From Eledone cirrhosa (Eukaryota): a stretch of 64,000 nt of DNA. The first letter of the stretch is position 1, and each line of letters opens with the position of its first letter. A program made the position numbers and the translations under genes. Of this stretch, positions 13,236 through 28,200 are shown piece by piece. The DNA is taken from the NCBI GenBank assembly GCA_964016885.1, contig OZ024756.1:12338001-12402000 (forward strand), given 5' to 3'. The notes beneath the pieces were generated by a model. It was not told the DNA's origin. It did not search any database and was given only the letters and a program-made list of their open reading frames with translations.

Positions 13236-16200
13236 GAGCTACATGGCTTAGTGGTTAGAGCATTGGGCTTGCAATCGAAAGGTTGTGAGTTCAATTCTCA
13301 GACCGGGTGATGTGTTGTTTCCTTGAGCAAGACACTTTATTTCACATTGCTCCAGTTTACTCAGCTGTAGAAATGAGATGATAGGAACTGGGGTCCCTAT
13401 CATTCCACTGCAAAGTGGTCGTGGAGGTGCCACGGCAAAAAAGCACCCAGCACTGACTGTAAATGAGGTTGGTGTTAGGAAGGGCATCCAGCTGTAGAAA
13501 TCAAGCCAGAATCAGTTCCTGTAAGAGCAAGACAAGGTCAACCGACTGGACACTGCTCACAACAGGACACCTCGTCTAACCCATGCTAGCATGGAAGAAC
13601 GGACATAAAACAGTGATGATGATGATGATGATGATGATTTGTCAGTATTTTAAGAAAATAATTATATTTTTAAAATTCTGCTTACTGTTCAACTTTGATT
13701 GCTTGTATCTCTTTTAGAGATGCCATCTCTTCTTTGGTTTCCTTAGTTTCTTTAAGTAACATCATTACTTGATGTTTCAGAGCTTCTTGGTCAACGGCCA
13801 TTGTCTGCAAATAACAACAACAACAATGGCTCTAAGTCTGAACCTAAATCAACAGGAGGACATGGGATATATTCATGGTAGACTGACCATGGTGAACAAC
13901 TGGTGGAGTGGTAGGGGCTTTGTACTGACTAACAGAGTTTCTTGGACACTTTAAACCAGGTACTCAGCCCCTCTCTCTATGTCTGAACACAGACGATTTC
14001 TTCTAGAGAAGGGAGGGGAGGAGAGAGAGGGAGAGGACAAACACACAATCAGAGAGAGGGGCGCATACACACAGACACACACAATCACAGAGAGAAGTGA
14101 GAAAGAGATATGGAGGAAGAATCAACCCCAGTACTGTACTGGTACTTTATTTTATTGACGTCGAATGGAAGGCAAAGCTGACCTCAGCAGGATTTGAACT
14201 CATATTGCAGAGAGCCAGAACAAATACTGCAAAACATTCTATCTGATATTCTAAAGACTGTTAATTTGCCGCCTTCCTCATATATTTAGAGAAATGGAAG
14301 AATAGGAATTCACAATATTTATTATGTTTTTATTCAAGGATATATGTGCCTCAAGTGAACTTAAACAGATTCAATTGTGAATGAAAGCCATATTGTAAAC
14401 TCACCTTACCAGAAGATTCTATTTTGACTTAGAAACACTCCTTGGAGTTAACTAATTACCTCCTATCTGTCCTTCTCACATCATCCACTGTATCGCTCCA
14501 TACACAAACCTGACACTAACTACTTTACCTAACCCTTCCCCTCTGTTACCTTACAACAAACACACTTGAGCTGGGCTGAGCTCACCACACACAACACACA
14601 CATACGCATGAAATGAGCTGAGCTCACCACACATAACACATACACACACGAGCTGAGTTGAGCTCACCACACAACACACACATACACATGAAATGAGCTG
14701 AGCTCACCACACATAACACATACACACACGAGCTCACCACACATAACACACACATATGCATGAAATAAGCTGAGCTCACCACACATAACACATACACACA
14801 CGAGCTCACCACACATAACACACACATATGCATGAAATGAGCTGAGCTCACCACACATAACACACACATACGCATGAAATGAGCTGAGCTGAGCTCACCA
14901 CACATAACACACACACGAACTGAAAAGACCTCACCACACATAACCCACATGCACAAGAACTGAGCTGACCTCACCAAACATAACTCACACATACACATGA
15001 GCTGAGCTGATCTTATCATGCATAACCCACACATACACAAGAGCTGAGCTGGGCTCACCACACATTATATACACATTTACATGACCTGAGCTGACCTTAC
15101 CACATAACACATACATACACATAAGCTGAGCTGATCACACCACAAATAACACATACATACACGAGGTGAGCTGACCTTACCATACATACAGCTGAGCTCA
15201 GCTGACCTTACCATGCATACAGCTGAGCTGACCTTACCATACATACAGCTGAGCTGAGCTGACCTTACCATACATACAGCTGAGCTGTCCTTACCATACA
15301 TACAGCTCAGCTGAGTTGTCCTTACCATACATACACATGAGCTGAGCTGAGCTGACCTCACCATACATACAGCTGAGCTGACCTTACCATACATAGAGCT
15401 GAGCTGACCTAACCATACATACAGCTGAGCTGACCTTACCATACATACACATGAGCTGAGCTGCCCTTGAACTATCTTGGCCTACCTTACTAAACATATA
15501 CATGAGCACTAAAAACAAGAACGTTACCATCATAATATTCGGATCTGGGTTATTTAGCCGTAATCTTGTAATTTCTTCATTATGTTTTCTTTGAAGACTC
15601 TGTATATTTTCTGAATATTTCTCCCTTTCTTGTTCCAATTTAAAATCCATGGTATCTTGCATTTTCTTAATCTATTAAGTGAAGAAAAATAAACATTAAA
15701 AAAAAAATAACAGAGATATATTTAATCTTTAGCACACTGTATTAGTGATACCTACATGACCACTTTACAGTGTGGACTAGGTGCTTCTTGTGACACCTAC
15801 ACCGAACACAGCCAGTTTCAATGCTAAAAGGTTAAATATATAAAATAATGCTTACGGTTTTCTCTAGTTCATTATTTTGCATCCTCAAATCGTTAACAAG
15901 TGTTCTCTCAGTACTCAACTGGTTCATGATACTCTTATAAACTGCATTTTCACAAAAATTGGTAAACTCGCTGTTGTCGTTGATCAGATTAGAAAACCTG
16001 TCACCAGTTTTCAATTCGATGCTTTCCAACTTGGAGCTTAGATTTGTTTTGTCAACAGACCTAGATTCCTGTTTGGTCTGTACGAGAAGAGTCTGTAAAG
16101 AAACATAAGATATACATAGAAAAACAATATAATATATATATATATATAATCGAAATAACAGAAGTAAGCTTTATTCCGTCGTTATGCTTTTCTGTTTTTT

Positions 16201-19200
16201 CTGTTCAAATTGTAGCTGTTTGATGAGGTCATAGCTGTTGCATAACAGTTATCATATTGAAATATATATAACAGCAACTATGAATAAACGAAGTTAATTT
16301 TAACCTGTTGACTTACACTTCGTGTTTATTTATATATATATATATATATATTATATTGTTTTTCTGTCAGCTTTATCTCCCCTGTTTGCTGAAAATTAAA
16401 GTAAGTGAGACTGTCACTACTCTAAAACAATAGTGTAAGGTCTTCGAAATTAAGCATACAGTGTATTGCAAAATACACTATATATACATTTATATATATA
16501 TATACTAGCAGATTTACCCGGCGTTGCTCGGGGTTTGAAATTATGCTAAGAATATACAGCTAGGAAGTAAAAGAAGAACATTATTTGTCTCCAACCTGTC
16601 AAAATAAGCAGAAGTTTTCAATAATTAATGCAAACAAATATTTAGTGCAATCTTTGTACATATAAAACTATACTGATAATGAAGGAAAACACTGAACAGG
16701 ATGTAGTTATACAAATGATTAAAGACAATACACGTTGCAAATCTGTAAAAAAACAGGCAGTTTTGCTAAAGTACAAAAAGTTGTAATGAAAGCAGAGTTG
16801 TATACAAACAAAAAAACAATGAGAGTAGAGTGAGAGAAAATGTATTCTTTGAGAGCATCCTTTGCTGTGTATGGTTAAATTTTGAACTTATAATCCAAAA
16901 TATCCTGCATGACATATTCATTGGTATGTTTTGTAATGAGTAAGGTGAAGTCAAGGCAGAGCTGTAATAAGTTTTTTTGTTAACACTAAAGCACTTCAGG
17001 ATAGACGATATTCTTTGTTTTTCTTTTCGGAACAAACGCAAAGAGATTAACCTCGACAGGATTTGAGCTCAGACCATAAAGGGCCGAAACTCTTTGCTGC
17101 AAAGCATGGCATCTGACCCTCTACCGATACTGCCAATCCAAATAATGATAATTCCTCATCTCTAAAATTCAAACAAAATTTGCATGGTGCCGTAACTCCT
17201 GAAAGAGTCATAGGGGCACCATATTGACATACATCATTTTTGTGATATTTTTAAACCTGGTGAATCCCACCTTCTCTCTAGATCTGAATACAGCAGTTTT
17301 CTTTCAGAGAAGGATAGAGAGAGTGATAGAGTGGAAGTGAGAAAGAGAGATATAGAGGAAAAACGACCCCTTAGTATTAGATTGGTACTTTTTTAACCAG
17401 CCTTGAATGGATGGAAGGCAAAGTTGACCTCAGCAGGATTTGAACTCATATCGCAGAGAGAGCCAGAACAGATACTGTAAAACATTCTATCTGATATTCT
17501 AAAGACACTGTTAATTTGCCGCCTTCCTCATATATTTAACCCTTTAGCATTTACATTGTTCTATATATACTATTATATTTTGACAGTAAAGGCTTTACCT
17601 CACATAATATCTCACATAACATTTACATTACTCTATATATACTATTATATTTTGACAGTAAAGGCTTTACCTCACATAATATCTCACATAACATTTACAT
17701 TACTCTATATATACTATTATATTTTGACAGTAATGGCTTTACTTCACATAACATTTACATTACTCTATATATACTATTATATTTTGACAATAAAAGCTTT
17801 ACCTCACATAATATCTCACATAACATTTACATTACTCTATATATATATATTTTGACAGTAAAGGCTTTACTTCACATAATATCAAATCCTTAATTGACCT
17901 TGATGGGATTTAAACTAAGAGAGAAGAGTGTCGAATGAATACTGCAAAGCATTCTATACGATGTTCTAACGACCAATTTGCTGCCTAAACAAAATTTAAG
18001 GCCAAATTAATTAAAGAGCCATTATAAAAAGAATAATTATAAGTTGAATATTCAAAAAAGACTGGATGTTACACAAGACTCCTGAGACATGCTGTCAACA
18101 TATCTTGGTGACAGAGAGTCACAAATGGAGAACTCTATCTGGTTAGACCCTCCTTGTCAGATATTGTCTAAGAAGGATATGTTTTGTGGGACATTGTTAC
18201 AAGGCAAACAACGAGCGTGTCAGCCATGTTGTTTTATGGAAGCCTGCACACGGCCATAGAAGTAGAGGTCATACTGCAATAACATATCTGGATATGGTAT
18301 GTGCTGGCACGGGAGTAAATTTAACGGATCTTGGAGTGATAATGCTAGATCGAGACAAATTGAGAAAGAGTACTGTTCATTGGATTGAGGAAACTTGACT
18401 CAAAAGTGAGTGAATGAATATTCAAAGAAAAAAAAGAAACATACTTGACATTTTTGATAAGAGTTCACATTCTCTTCTATTAGTTTGTCGTTTTCAGTTT
18501 GTAAATTTTCATTGATTATTGAGGTCTTTTTCAGTTTTTCAAGGAGATGATTTTGATTCCATTTTAGAGATTCCATTTCATCCGACAAAGAAGCATTTGC
18601 AATTTCTAATTCTTTTTTGTGATCCTCGTTTGTCTTCAGCTTTGCTTCTATGTCATTAATAATTTCTTTATTTTCCTCAAACACCTTCAAAGATAAGAAA
18701 GAAACATAATAAATGAACAGCTGGATTTCAAGACAATTTCAGTGAGATTATATAAAGTTACCATTTCAATAGAGCTCCCTTAAAACCTTCCAACAATACA
18801 CATCAAATATATTTAATCTGACAGAGTTATTGTAGCATTAGTAAGTAGTTACACTAGTAAGTAGTTACACTAGTAAGTAGTTACACTAGTAAGTAGTTAC
18901 ACTAGTAAGTAGTTACACTAGTAAGTAGTTACACAAATAAGTAGTTACACTAGTAAGTAGTTACACAAGTAAATAGTTACACTAGTAAGTAGTTACACAA
19001 GTAAATAGTTATACAAGTAAATAGTTACACTAATAAGTAGTTACACTAATAAGTAGTTACACTAGTAAGTAGTTACACTAGTAAGTAGTTACACTAGTAA
19101 GTAGTTACACTAGTAAGTAGTTACACTAATAAGTAGTTACACTAATAAGTAGTTACACTAATAAGTAGTTACACTAATAAGTAGTTACACTAATAAGTAG

Positions 19201-22200
19201 TTACACTAATAAGTAGTTACACTAATAAGTAGTTACACTAGTAAGTAGTTACACTAATAAGTAGTTACACTAATAAGTAGTTACACTAATAAGTAGTTAC
19301 ACTAATAAGTAGTTACACTAATAAGTAGTTACATTAGTAGTTACATTAGTAAGTAGTTATATTACTAGTTACATTAGTAAGTAGTTATATTAGATGGAGG
19401 CACATGGCTTAGTGGTTAGAGCATTGGCCTTGCAATCGAAAGGTTGTGAGTTCAATTCTCAGACCGGGTGATGTGTTGTTTCCTTGAGCAAGACACTTTA
19501 TTTCACATTGCTCCAGTTTACTCAGCTGTAGAAATGAGATGATAGGGGTTCCTATCATTCCACTGCAAAGTGGTCGTGGAGGTGCCACGGCAAAAAAAAG
19601 CACCCAGCACTCACTGTAAATGAGGTTGGTGTTAGGAAGGGCATCCAGCTGTAGAAATCGAGCCAGAATCAGTTCCCGTCCCACCCTTGCAAGCAGGGAA
19701 AAGTGGACGTAAAATGAAATGACGATGATGATGATGATTAGTAGTTACATTAGTAAGTAGTTATATTAGTAGTTACATTAGTAAGTCAAAATCCTAAGTC
19801 ACAATGTCAACTTTGTATTTCACTCTTAACCAGTCAATAAACTATATTATCAAATAGTGGGGTTAATTGTAATCACCCATATTCTACCTTACAGGCTGGA
19901 CAGGGTGGTTTTTGTTGTGGTACATTGTACAGGGTAGACTAGTTTCAAGTTAGCAAAACAAGAGAAGGATCTGAATGTTTTTTTAAAGTAATAGTATGAG
20001 AAATATATTTTGTGTGGCTACAAAGAAATGCTAGCTTCAACCCTTTCATTACCCTCTTTATAATGAAATAAACTTTCAATTAATTAATGCAGAATTTTGA
20101 AGGATTTACTCAAATGCTTAATTGTTTCATTCCTAATATAAGATATTGTTCTTGTACGAGGGGGTTTCAAAAAGTTTGTGGCAAAAGTACATAGCTAAAA
20201 ATCATATGCAATGATTTTGATCCCAATGCACCTGTCCGTTCTTGTACTAACGTGTCACAACATGTTCTACCATGAACCCTTAAATGCATGTTGCAACATG
20301 GCACCAGTCGGAAGTCAGCACCCACTCGAGCAACATGGCCTCCATCAAAACATCAAATACTTGGTGAAGCTAGGGTGGAAGAGCAGCCAAATAATTGACG
20401 CTCTGGAGCAAGTTTATGGGGACAATGCCCCAAAGAAGTCAACAACCAACAAATGGATAAGTCATTTTAGAAGTGGAAGAGATGAGGTTGAAGATGATCC
20501 CCAGTTGGAGCTGCTTTGACATGGTAAATCGCATGTCCCCCAGTTTTATACAGATGGACTTAAAGGCTGGTATCAATGCTTGCAGAAGTGTATTGGCCTA
20601 GATGGAGCATATTTTGAAAAATAAATATCATAACTGAAATCGTTTTTTACAACTGTCCTTTTTCCATGAAATTTTTGAAGCACCCCTCGTGTATTATCAT
20701 GTTAGAAGATATAAATTTATATAGGAATTGTTTGAAATAGGTGGTTTTCTTTCATAGAACCAGGGCCGATTTTGAACGGGTTGGTAGTAAAAGTATTAAA
20801 GCAATCATTAAAACAAATCCCTTTAAGGAATAGATAAATTTCTTTATTAGCCACAAGGGCACAAAAGAAGGGGACAAATACAAATGGGGAGTTTACATAC
20901 AGGTATATGAAAATAAAACTATTAATAAATTTAAACTACTTTACCTGTGATGATTGCCCTGTATTGAGCTGATTTTTTAATTGTTGGATAACTTGCTTGG
21001 TATCTTTAAAACAATCTTGGTTATGCTTATTAGAAGATCTAACATCATCTAACCACAATTTTATGCGATCCCAGTGTTGCTTCATTTTAGCATTGTTTGT
21101 GGCAAGTGTATCTGTTTTTATGGATGAAGAATAACAAAATATATTTTTAAAAAGCAGACACAGAGAGAATCACACACATACACACAGACAAATTATAGAT
21201 AATTACTTGTTAAGTACTGTGGTCAATTCTTTCTCGATATCTCTTGCTCATTCTCTATCCTTCTCTGGAAGAAATCTGCTGCGTTCAAGACTTGGAGAGG
21301 AGATGGACTGTCGGCTTTTAAAAAATACCCTAGAAACTCCATATGTCACTACAGCACCCCCTACGACTCCCTAAGGAGTTACGGGATCATACATACATCC
21401 ATCTTGGTCATTAGGCTGACTATGAATAAGCGATGCTAGAGCTGTGAAATTTTGCCTGCATTAATTTCAACTTTTATTAGTAACTGCATTGTTTCTTTCC
21501 AGGGACTATGTTGAGAAATAAACCTCATTTGGTCATTCCATGGGTATCGCGGTTGGCCTCTATCAACTTTTCAGCTGACCCTCGTAGTAGGGTCTTACTT
21601 ATGTAATAAATATAGTAAGATGAAAATATTTTATTAACTGAAGTTATCCTTACAATTAGTAGAAAAGGTCTCCCTCTAAGGGTGTTTAAAATCTAAACCT
21701 TCAACATCAGCCAAGTTTTTTTTTTTGGGGGGGGGGGTAAAGATGAAGGAGAGAAGGGTATTCCTAGTCATTAAAATTAACTTTTGAAAGAAATGAGGGG
21801 GTGGTATTCAATCTGATAATGAAGACAATGACTGATTTGATGTTGATGGTGACAATGATGATGATGATGTTGATGATGTCAATGATGTCAGTAGTGTCAA
21901 TGTCAATGGTGCCAATGATGTCAATGTCGATGGTGCCGGTGGTGTCAATGATGTCAGTAGTGTCAATGCCGATGATGTCAATGGTGTCGATGATGTCAGT
22001 AGTGTCAATGTCGATGGTGCCAATGGTGTCAATGATGTCAATAGTGTCGGTGCCGATGGTGTCAATGATGTCAGTAGTGTCATCGTTGACGGTGTCAATG
22101 ATGTCAGTAGTGTCATCGTCGACGGTGTCAATGATGTCAGTAGTGTCATCGTCGACGGTGTCAATGATGTCAGTAGTGTCATCGTCGACGGTGTCAATGA

Positions 22201-25200
22201 TGTCAGTAGTGTCATCGTCGACGGTGTCAATGATGTCAGTAGTGTCATCGTCGACGGTGTCAATGATGTCAGTGGTGTCATCGTCGACGGTGTCAATGAT
22301 GTCAGTAGTGTCATCGTCGACGGTGTCAATGATGTCAGTGGTGTCATCGTCGACAGTGTCAATGATGTCAGTAGTGTCATCGTTGATGGTGTCAATGATG
22401 TCAGTAGTGTCATCGTTGATGGTGTCAATGATGTCAGTAGTGTCATCGTTGACGGTGTCAATGATGTCAGTAGTGTCATCGTTGATGGTGTCAATGATGT
22501 CAGTAGTGTCAATGATGTCAGTAGTATCATCGTTGATGGTGTCAATGATGTCAGTAGTGTCATCGTTGATGGTGTCAATGATGTCAGTAGTGTCAATGAT
22601 GTCAGTAGTGTCATCGTTGACGGTGTCAATGATGTCAGTAGTGTCATCGTTGATGGTGTCAATGATGTCAGTAGTGTCATCGTCGACAGTGTCAATGATG
22701 TCAGTAGTGTCATCGTCGACAGTGTCAATGATGTCAGTAGTGTCATCGTTGATGGTGTCAATGATGTCAGTAGTGTCATCGTCGACGGTGTCAATGATGT
22801 CAGTAGTGTCATCGTTGACGGTGTCAATGATGTCAGTAGTGTCATCGTCGATGGTGTCAATGATGTCAGTAGTGTCATCGTCGACAGTGTCAATGATGTC
22901 AGTAGTGTCATCGTCGATGGTGTCAATGATGTCAGTAGTGTCATCGTCGACAGTGTCAATGATGTCAGTAGTGTCATCGTCGATGGTGTCAATGATGTCA
23001 GTAGTGTCATCGTCGATGGTGTCAATGATGTCAGTAGTGTCATCGTCGACAGTGTCAATGATGTCAGTAGTGTCATCGTCGATGGTGTCAATGATGTCAG
23101 TAGTGTCATCGTCGACAGTGTCAATGATGTCAGTAGTGTCATCGTTGATGGTGTCAATGATGTCAGTAGTGTCATCGTCGACAGTGTCAGTAGTGTCATC
23201 GTCGACGGTGTCAATGATGTCAGTAGTGTCATCGTCGACAGTGTCAATGATGTCAGTAGTGTCATCGTCGATGGTGTCAATGATGTCAGTAGTGTCAATG
23301 ATGTCAGTAGTGTCATCGTTGACGGTGTCAATGATGTCAGTAGTGTCATCGTCGACGGTGTCAATGATGTCAGTAGTGTCATCGTCGATGGTGTCAATGA
23401 TGTCAGTAGTGTCATCGTCGACGGTGTCAATGATGTCAGTAGTGTCATCGTCGATGGTGTCAATGATGTCAGTAGTGTCAATGATGTCAGTAGTGTCATC
23501 GTTGACGGTGTCAATGATGTCAGTAGTGTCATCGTCGACGGTGTCAATGATGTCAGTAGTGTCATCGTTGACGGTGTCAATGATGTCAGTAGTGTCATCG
23601 TTGACGGTGTCAATGATGTCAGTAGTGTCATCGTCGATGGTGTCAATGATGTCAGTAGTGTCATCGTCGATGGTGTCAATGATGTCAGTAGTGTCATCGT
23701 CGATGGTGTCAATGATGTCAGTAGTGTCATCATCGATGGTGTCAATGATGTCAGTAGTGTCATCGTCGATGGTGTCAATGATGTCAGTAGTGTCATCGTC
23801 GACAGTATCAATGATGTCAGTAGTGTCATCGTCGACGGTGTCAATGATGTCAGTAGTGTCATCGTCGATGGTGTCAATGATGTCAGTAGTGTCATCGTCG
23901 ATGGTGTCAATGATGTCAGTAGTGTCATCGTCGATGGTGTCAATGATGTCAGTAGTGTCATCGTCGACGGTGTCAATGATGTCAGTAGTGTCATCGTCGA
24001 CGGTGTCAATGATGTCAGTAGTGTCATCATCGACGGTGTCAATGATGTCAGTAGTGTCATCGTCGATGGTGTCAATGATGTCAGTAGTGTCATCGTCGAT
24101 GGTGTCAATGATGTCAGTAGTGTCAATGATGTCAGTAGTGTCATCGTCGATGGTGTCAATGATAATGTTAGCAACAAGTTTTAAATATTTCTTCAAACTT
24201 ACCTCTCAAAACCTTTATTTCAGCAAACTGTTCTTTTATTACAGAAACAGCCTTATCCAGTGTCATCTCACTCAATGAGAAGTCATAGCTCTCCGGTTCA
24301 CTTGATGGAGAACAAGAAGAAGGAGAAGATGTAGGAGAAGATGTAGAAGCTACCACTAACCCTGTGTAAAATAAAAAAAAACATTCACTTTTCATTAGAG
24401 TGACACCTAATTTTTTTTTTTTTTTTTTTTGTGGCAAATTAAGACTATTTAATTTTGTTATCTGTTTTACATAAACATATCAATAAACATGTCAACTATA
24501 TTTTACAGACAAGTTAAGTTATCCTCTCTCTATCTCATGTGTCTCTCTCCCCCTTCTGTTTTACATAAACGTATGTCAATAAACATGTCAACTATATTTT
24601 ACAGACAGAAGTTAAGTTATCCTCTCTCCTGTCTCCCCCCCCCCTCTCTCTATCTCATGTGTCTCTCTCCCCCTTCTGTTTTACATAAACATGTCAATAA
24701 ACATGTCAACTATATTTTACAGACAAGTTAAGTTATCCTCTCTCTATCTCATGTGTCTCTCTCCCCCTTCTGTTTTACATAAACATATGTCAATAAACAT
24801 GTCAACTATATTTTACAGACAAGTTAAGTTATCCTCTCTCTATCTCATGTGTCTCTCTCCCCCTTCTGTTTTACATAAACATATGTCAATAAACATGTCA
24901 ACTATATTTTACAGACAAGTTAAGTTATCCTCTCTCTATCTCATGTGTCTCTCTCCCCCTTCTGTTTTACATAAACGTATGTCAATAAACATGTCAACTA
25001 TATTTTACAGACAGAAGTTAAGTTATCCTCTCTCCTGTCTCCCTCCCCCCTCTCTATCTCATGTGTCTCTCTCCCCCTTCTGTTTTACATAAACGTATGT
25101 CAATAAACATGTCAACTATATTTTACAGACAGAAGTTAAGTTATCCTCTCTCCTGTCTCCCCCCCTCTCTATCTCATGTGTCTCTCTCCCCCTTCTGTTT

Positions 25201-28200
25201 TACATAAACGTATGTCAATAAACATGTCAACTATATTTTACAGACAAGTTAAGTTATCCTCTCTCTATCTCATGTGTCTCTCTCCCCCTTCTGTTTTACA
25301 TAAACGTATGTCAATAAACATGTCAACTATATTTTACAGACAGAAGTTAAGTTATCCTCTCTCCTGTCTCCCCCCCCCCTCTCTATCTCATGTGTCTCTC
25401 TCCCCCTTCTGTTTTACATAAACGTATGTCAATAAACATGTCAACTATATTTTACAGACAGAAGTTAAGTTATCCTCTCTCCCCCCTCTCTATATCTCAT
25501 GTGTCTCTCCCCCTTCTGTTTTACATAAACATATGTCAATAAACATGTCAACTATATTTTACAGATAGAAGTTAAGTTATCCTCTCTCCCCCCTCTCTAT
25601 CTCATGTGTCTCTCTCCCCCTTCTGTTTTACATAAACATATGTCAATAAACATGTCAACTATATTTTACAGACAGAAGTTAAGTTATCCTCTCCCCCCCC
25701 CCTCTCTATCTCATGTGTCTCTCTCCCCCTTCTGTTTTACATAAACATATGTCAACTATATTTTACAGATAGAAGTTAAGTTATACAATGATGGAAATAT
25801 TTTTAAAAAAGATAAAAACAAAATTTTGTAATGAAAAAACATGGGGGAAAGAGTAAAGAAAGGCAGACCTGGCTGTATAGGAAGCCTTTTCACTTCTAGA
25901 GGAGGGACCCTTTCCTGATTGATCGTTTTCTGTTTTGGTCATGTCAGGGGTGTAGCCATACTCACCACGCTTGGCCAATTGCGGGTTGGTGAGGCTACTT
26001 AACCCATAGCTGGGTAAACTCATTTCCACAGCTGAGTGAACTGAAGCAAAGTGAAATAAAGTGTTTTGCTCAAGAACACAATGCAAAGCCCGGCCCGAGA
26101 ATCGAACTCACAATCTTAGGATTGTAAGTTCGACGCTCGAACTATTAAGCAATAAATGAGAAGAAAAGGAGGGACAGTGAAAGGACTATTAGGCAAGGAG
26201 AGAAAGAGGGAAGGGGAGAGGGTGACACGACAAAAAGTGCCCAGTCCACACTGTATAGTGGTCGCGTTGGTGACATGATAAAAAGTGCCCAGTCCACACT
26301 GTATAGTGGTCGCGTTGGTGACATGATAAAAAGTGCCCAGTCCACACTGTAAAGCTTTCATCATATCACAAGCTACTTCAAATGTTGTTTATGTGACACC
26401 GTTACTAACAACTATCTGTTTTTTTTAAAGAAACCATTTCTCTTATTTATTTATTTTTCTTCATTTACCCCGCTTTCATTTCTCTCAATCTAACTATCCG
26501 CTACCCTTTAGAAAACCTTATTTTCTCTATGAACAGACAGGGGTAGCTAATCTCCCTTACATCACACCCTACTGTTTAAAATGGAAAAAAAAGGGCATGT
26601 TGCATAATATGGTCCTAGATTCTCGGTACATATCAAAAACAAAAAGACAAAATGGTCACATCTGTAATGTCTAACAACAGATCAGCATAATCATGACCGA
26701 CCTAGGGTTAAACAACAGCAATGACTCTCCCTCTCTGACACGATGTACTTTGTTCAATTTGTTTCAATTTTGAAGTCAGCAAAAAATAAATAAATATATA
26801 AAATTTTTAAAATAAGGGTTCTATCATTTCACGGCCTTATTTTTTCATTGAATGGAAATCCCATTTAAAACTCGTCTCTCAAAACTACCCAGATTGTAGG
26901 CGCAATATATAGTGAAAGATCTGGCAACTATAAACAATATCGACTGTTCAGTACATGGAGGCTACGAAAGATTCAACAACAGAAACTTTTAGCAGCTTTA
27001 TAGGACACACACTAAACAGACATCACAAATATTCTTTTATCGCATATTCCTCTGACTACGTAATAATGGCTTCTACTTTAGGCACAAGGAAAGTCGATTA
27101 AATCGACCCCAATGCATTACTGGTACTTTATTTTATCGACCCCGTAAAGATGAAAGTCAAAGCTGACTTCGGCGGGATTTGAACTCGGAACGTAAAAGTC
27201 TGTCACGAAGCATGATATCCGACGCTTTACCCATACTGACTACGTAATAATTGTTTCTACTTTTGGCACAAGGCCAGCAATTACTCAGTACATTACTGGT
27301 ACTTTATTTTATCGACCCCGTAAGGATGAAAGACAAAGTTGACATCAGCGGGATTTGAACTCAGAATGGAAAGGGCCGTAACTGTATGCGTCAAAGCATG
27401 GCGTCTGACCCTCTACCGATACTGCCAACTGACTACGTAATAATTGTTTCTAATTTTGGCACAAGGTCAGCAATTACCTAGTGCATTACTGGTACTTTAT
27501 TTTATCGACCCTGCAAGGATGAAAACCAAAGTTAACCTCGGCGGGATTTGAACTCTAATAATTGTTTCTACTTTAGGCACAAGGCCAGCAATTACCCAGT
27601 GCATTACTGGTACTTTAATGAGTGTTAATTTAGACACATTGCGAACAATTTGACTATATGCCTGCTCAACAGACCACTGTCTTTGACCAAAAATGGACAA
27701 ATGACAGTATGTAACTAAAACAACTTCCTTTCTATAAACTGACTAACAAGGACACTTACAACAGAAACCGAGCATTTGTCTGTTGTCAAGTGGACAGAAA
27801 GTGTATACTAAAGTCTTGTATAAGGTACCCTAGATGTGAATGGATTTATAATAGAATACTTATATTCGTTGGTTAGAAGGCTAAATAAAACAATATTGAT
27901 ATGTTTTATTTTAATAAAACGAATTTCTATAAACTTCTGGATATTCGAGCCTGCGATTGTATGATGTGGATTTCCGGATGAAACCATAATATTAAATTAT
28001 AATATTAACTGATTAACAATTCTAAAAGAAACACATGAACATCACAACGTTGTGTTGTTTGTGTTTCCTCGATAAAGCTGAAAGTTTCCTGTTCAATAAA
28101 TTTATTTCAATAAATAAAATATGTAAAATTAAAAGAAAAAAAAAGAGGAAAAGAAATATAGATGGAAAATTAAAAAAAATAAGATAGAGACTTTTTTTTC

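Noticed and set aside
14568-15465. Immunoglobulin switch-like (GAGCT)n region
   Set aside because: Invertebrate-type context with no Ig genes; the resemblance is limited to a pentamer.
16366-16460. Third hammerhead (hairpin followed by GAAA)
   Set aside because: No CUGANGA core; it matches a dispersed repeat also seen inverted at about 52350-52435.
5881-16533. Single large Helitron capturing exons 5-9
   Set aside because: The 5'-like end is on + while the 3' terminus is on -, so the orientations are incompatible.
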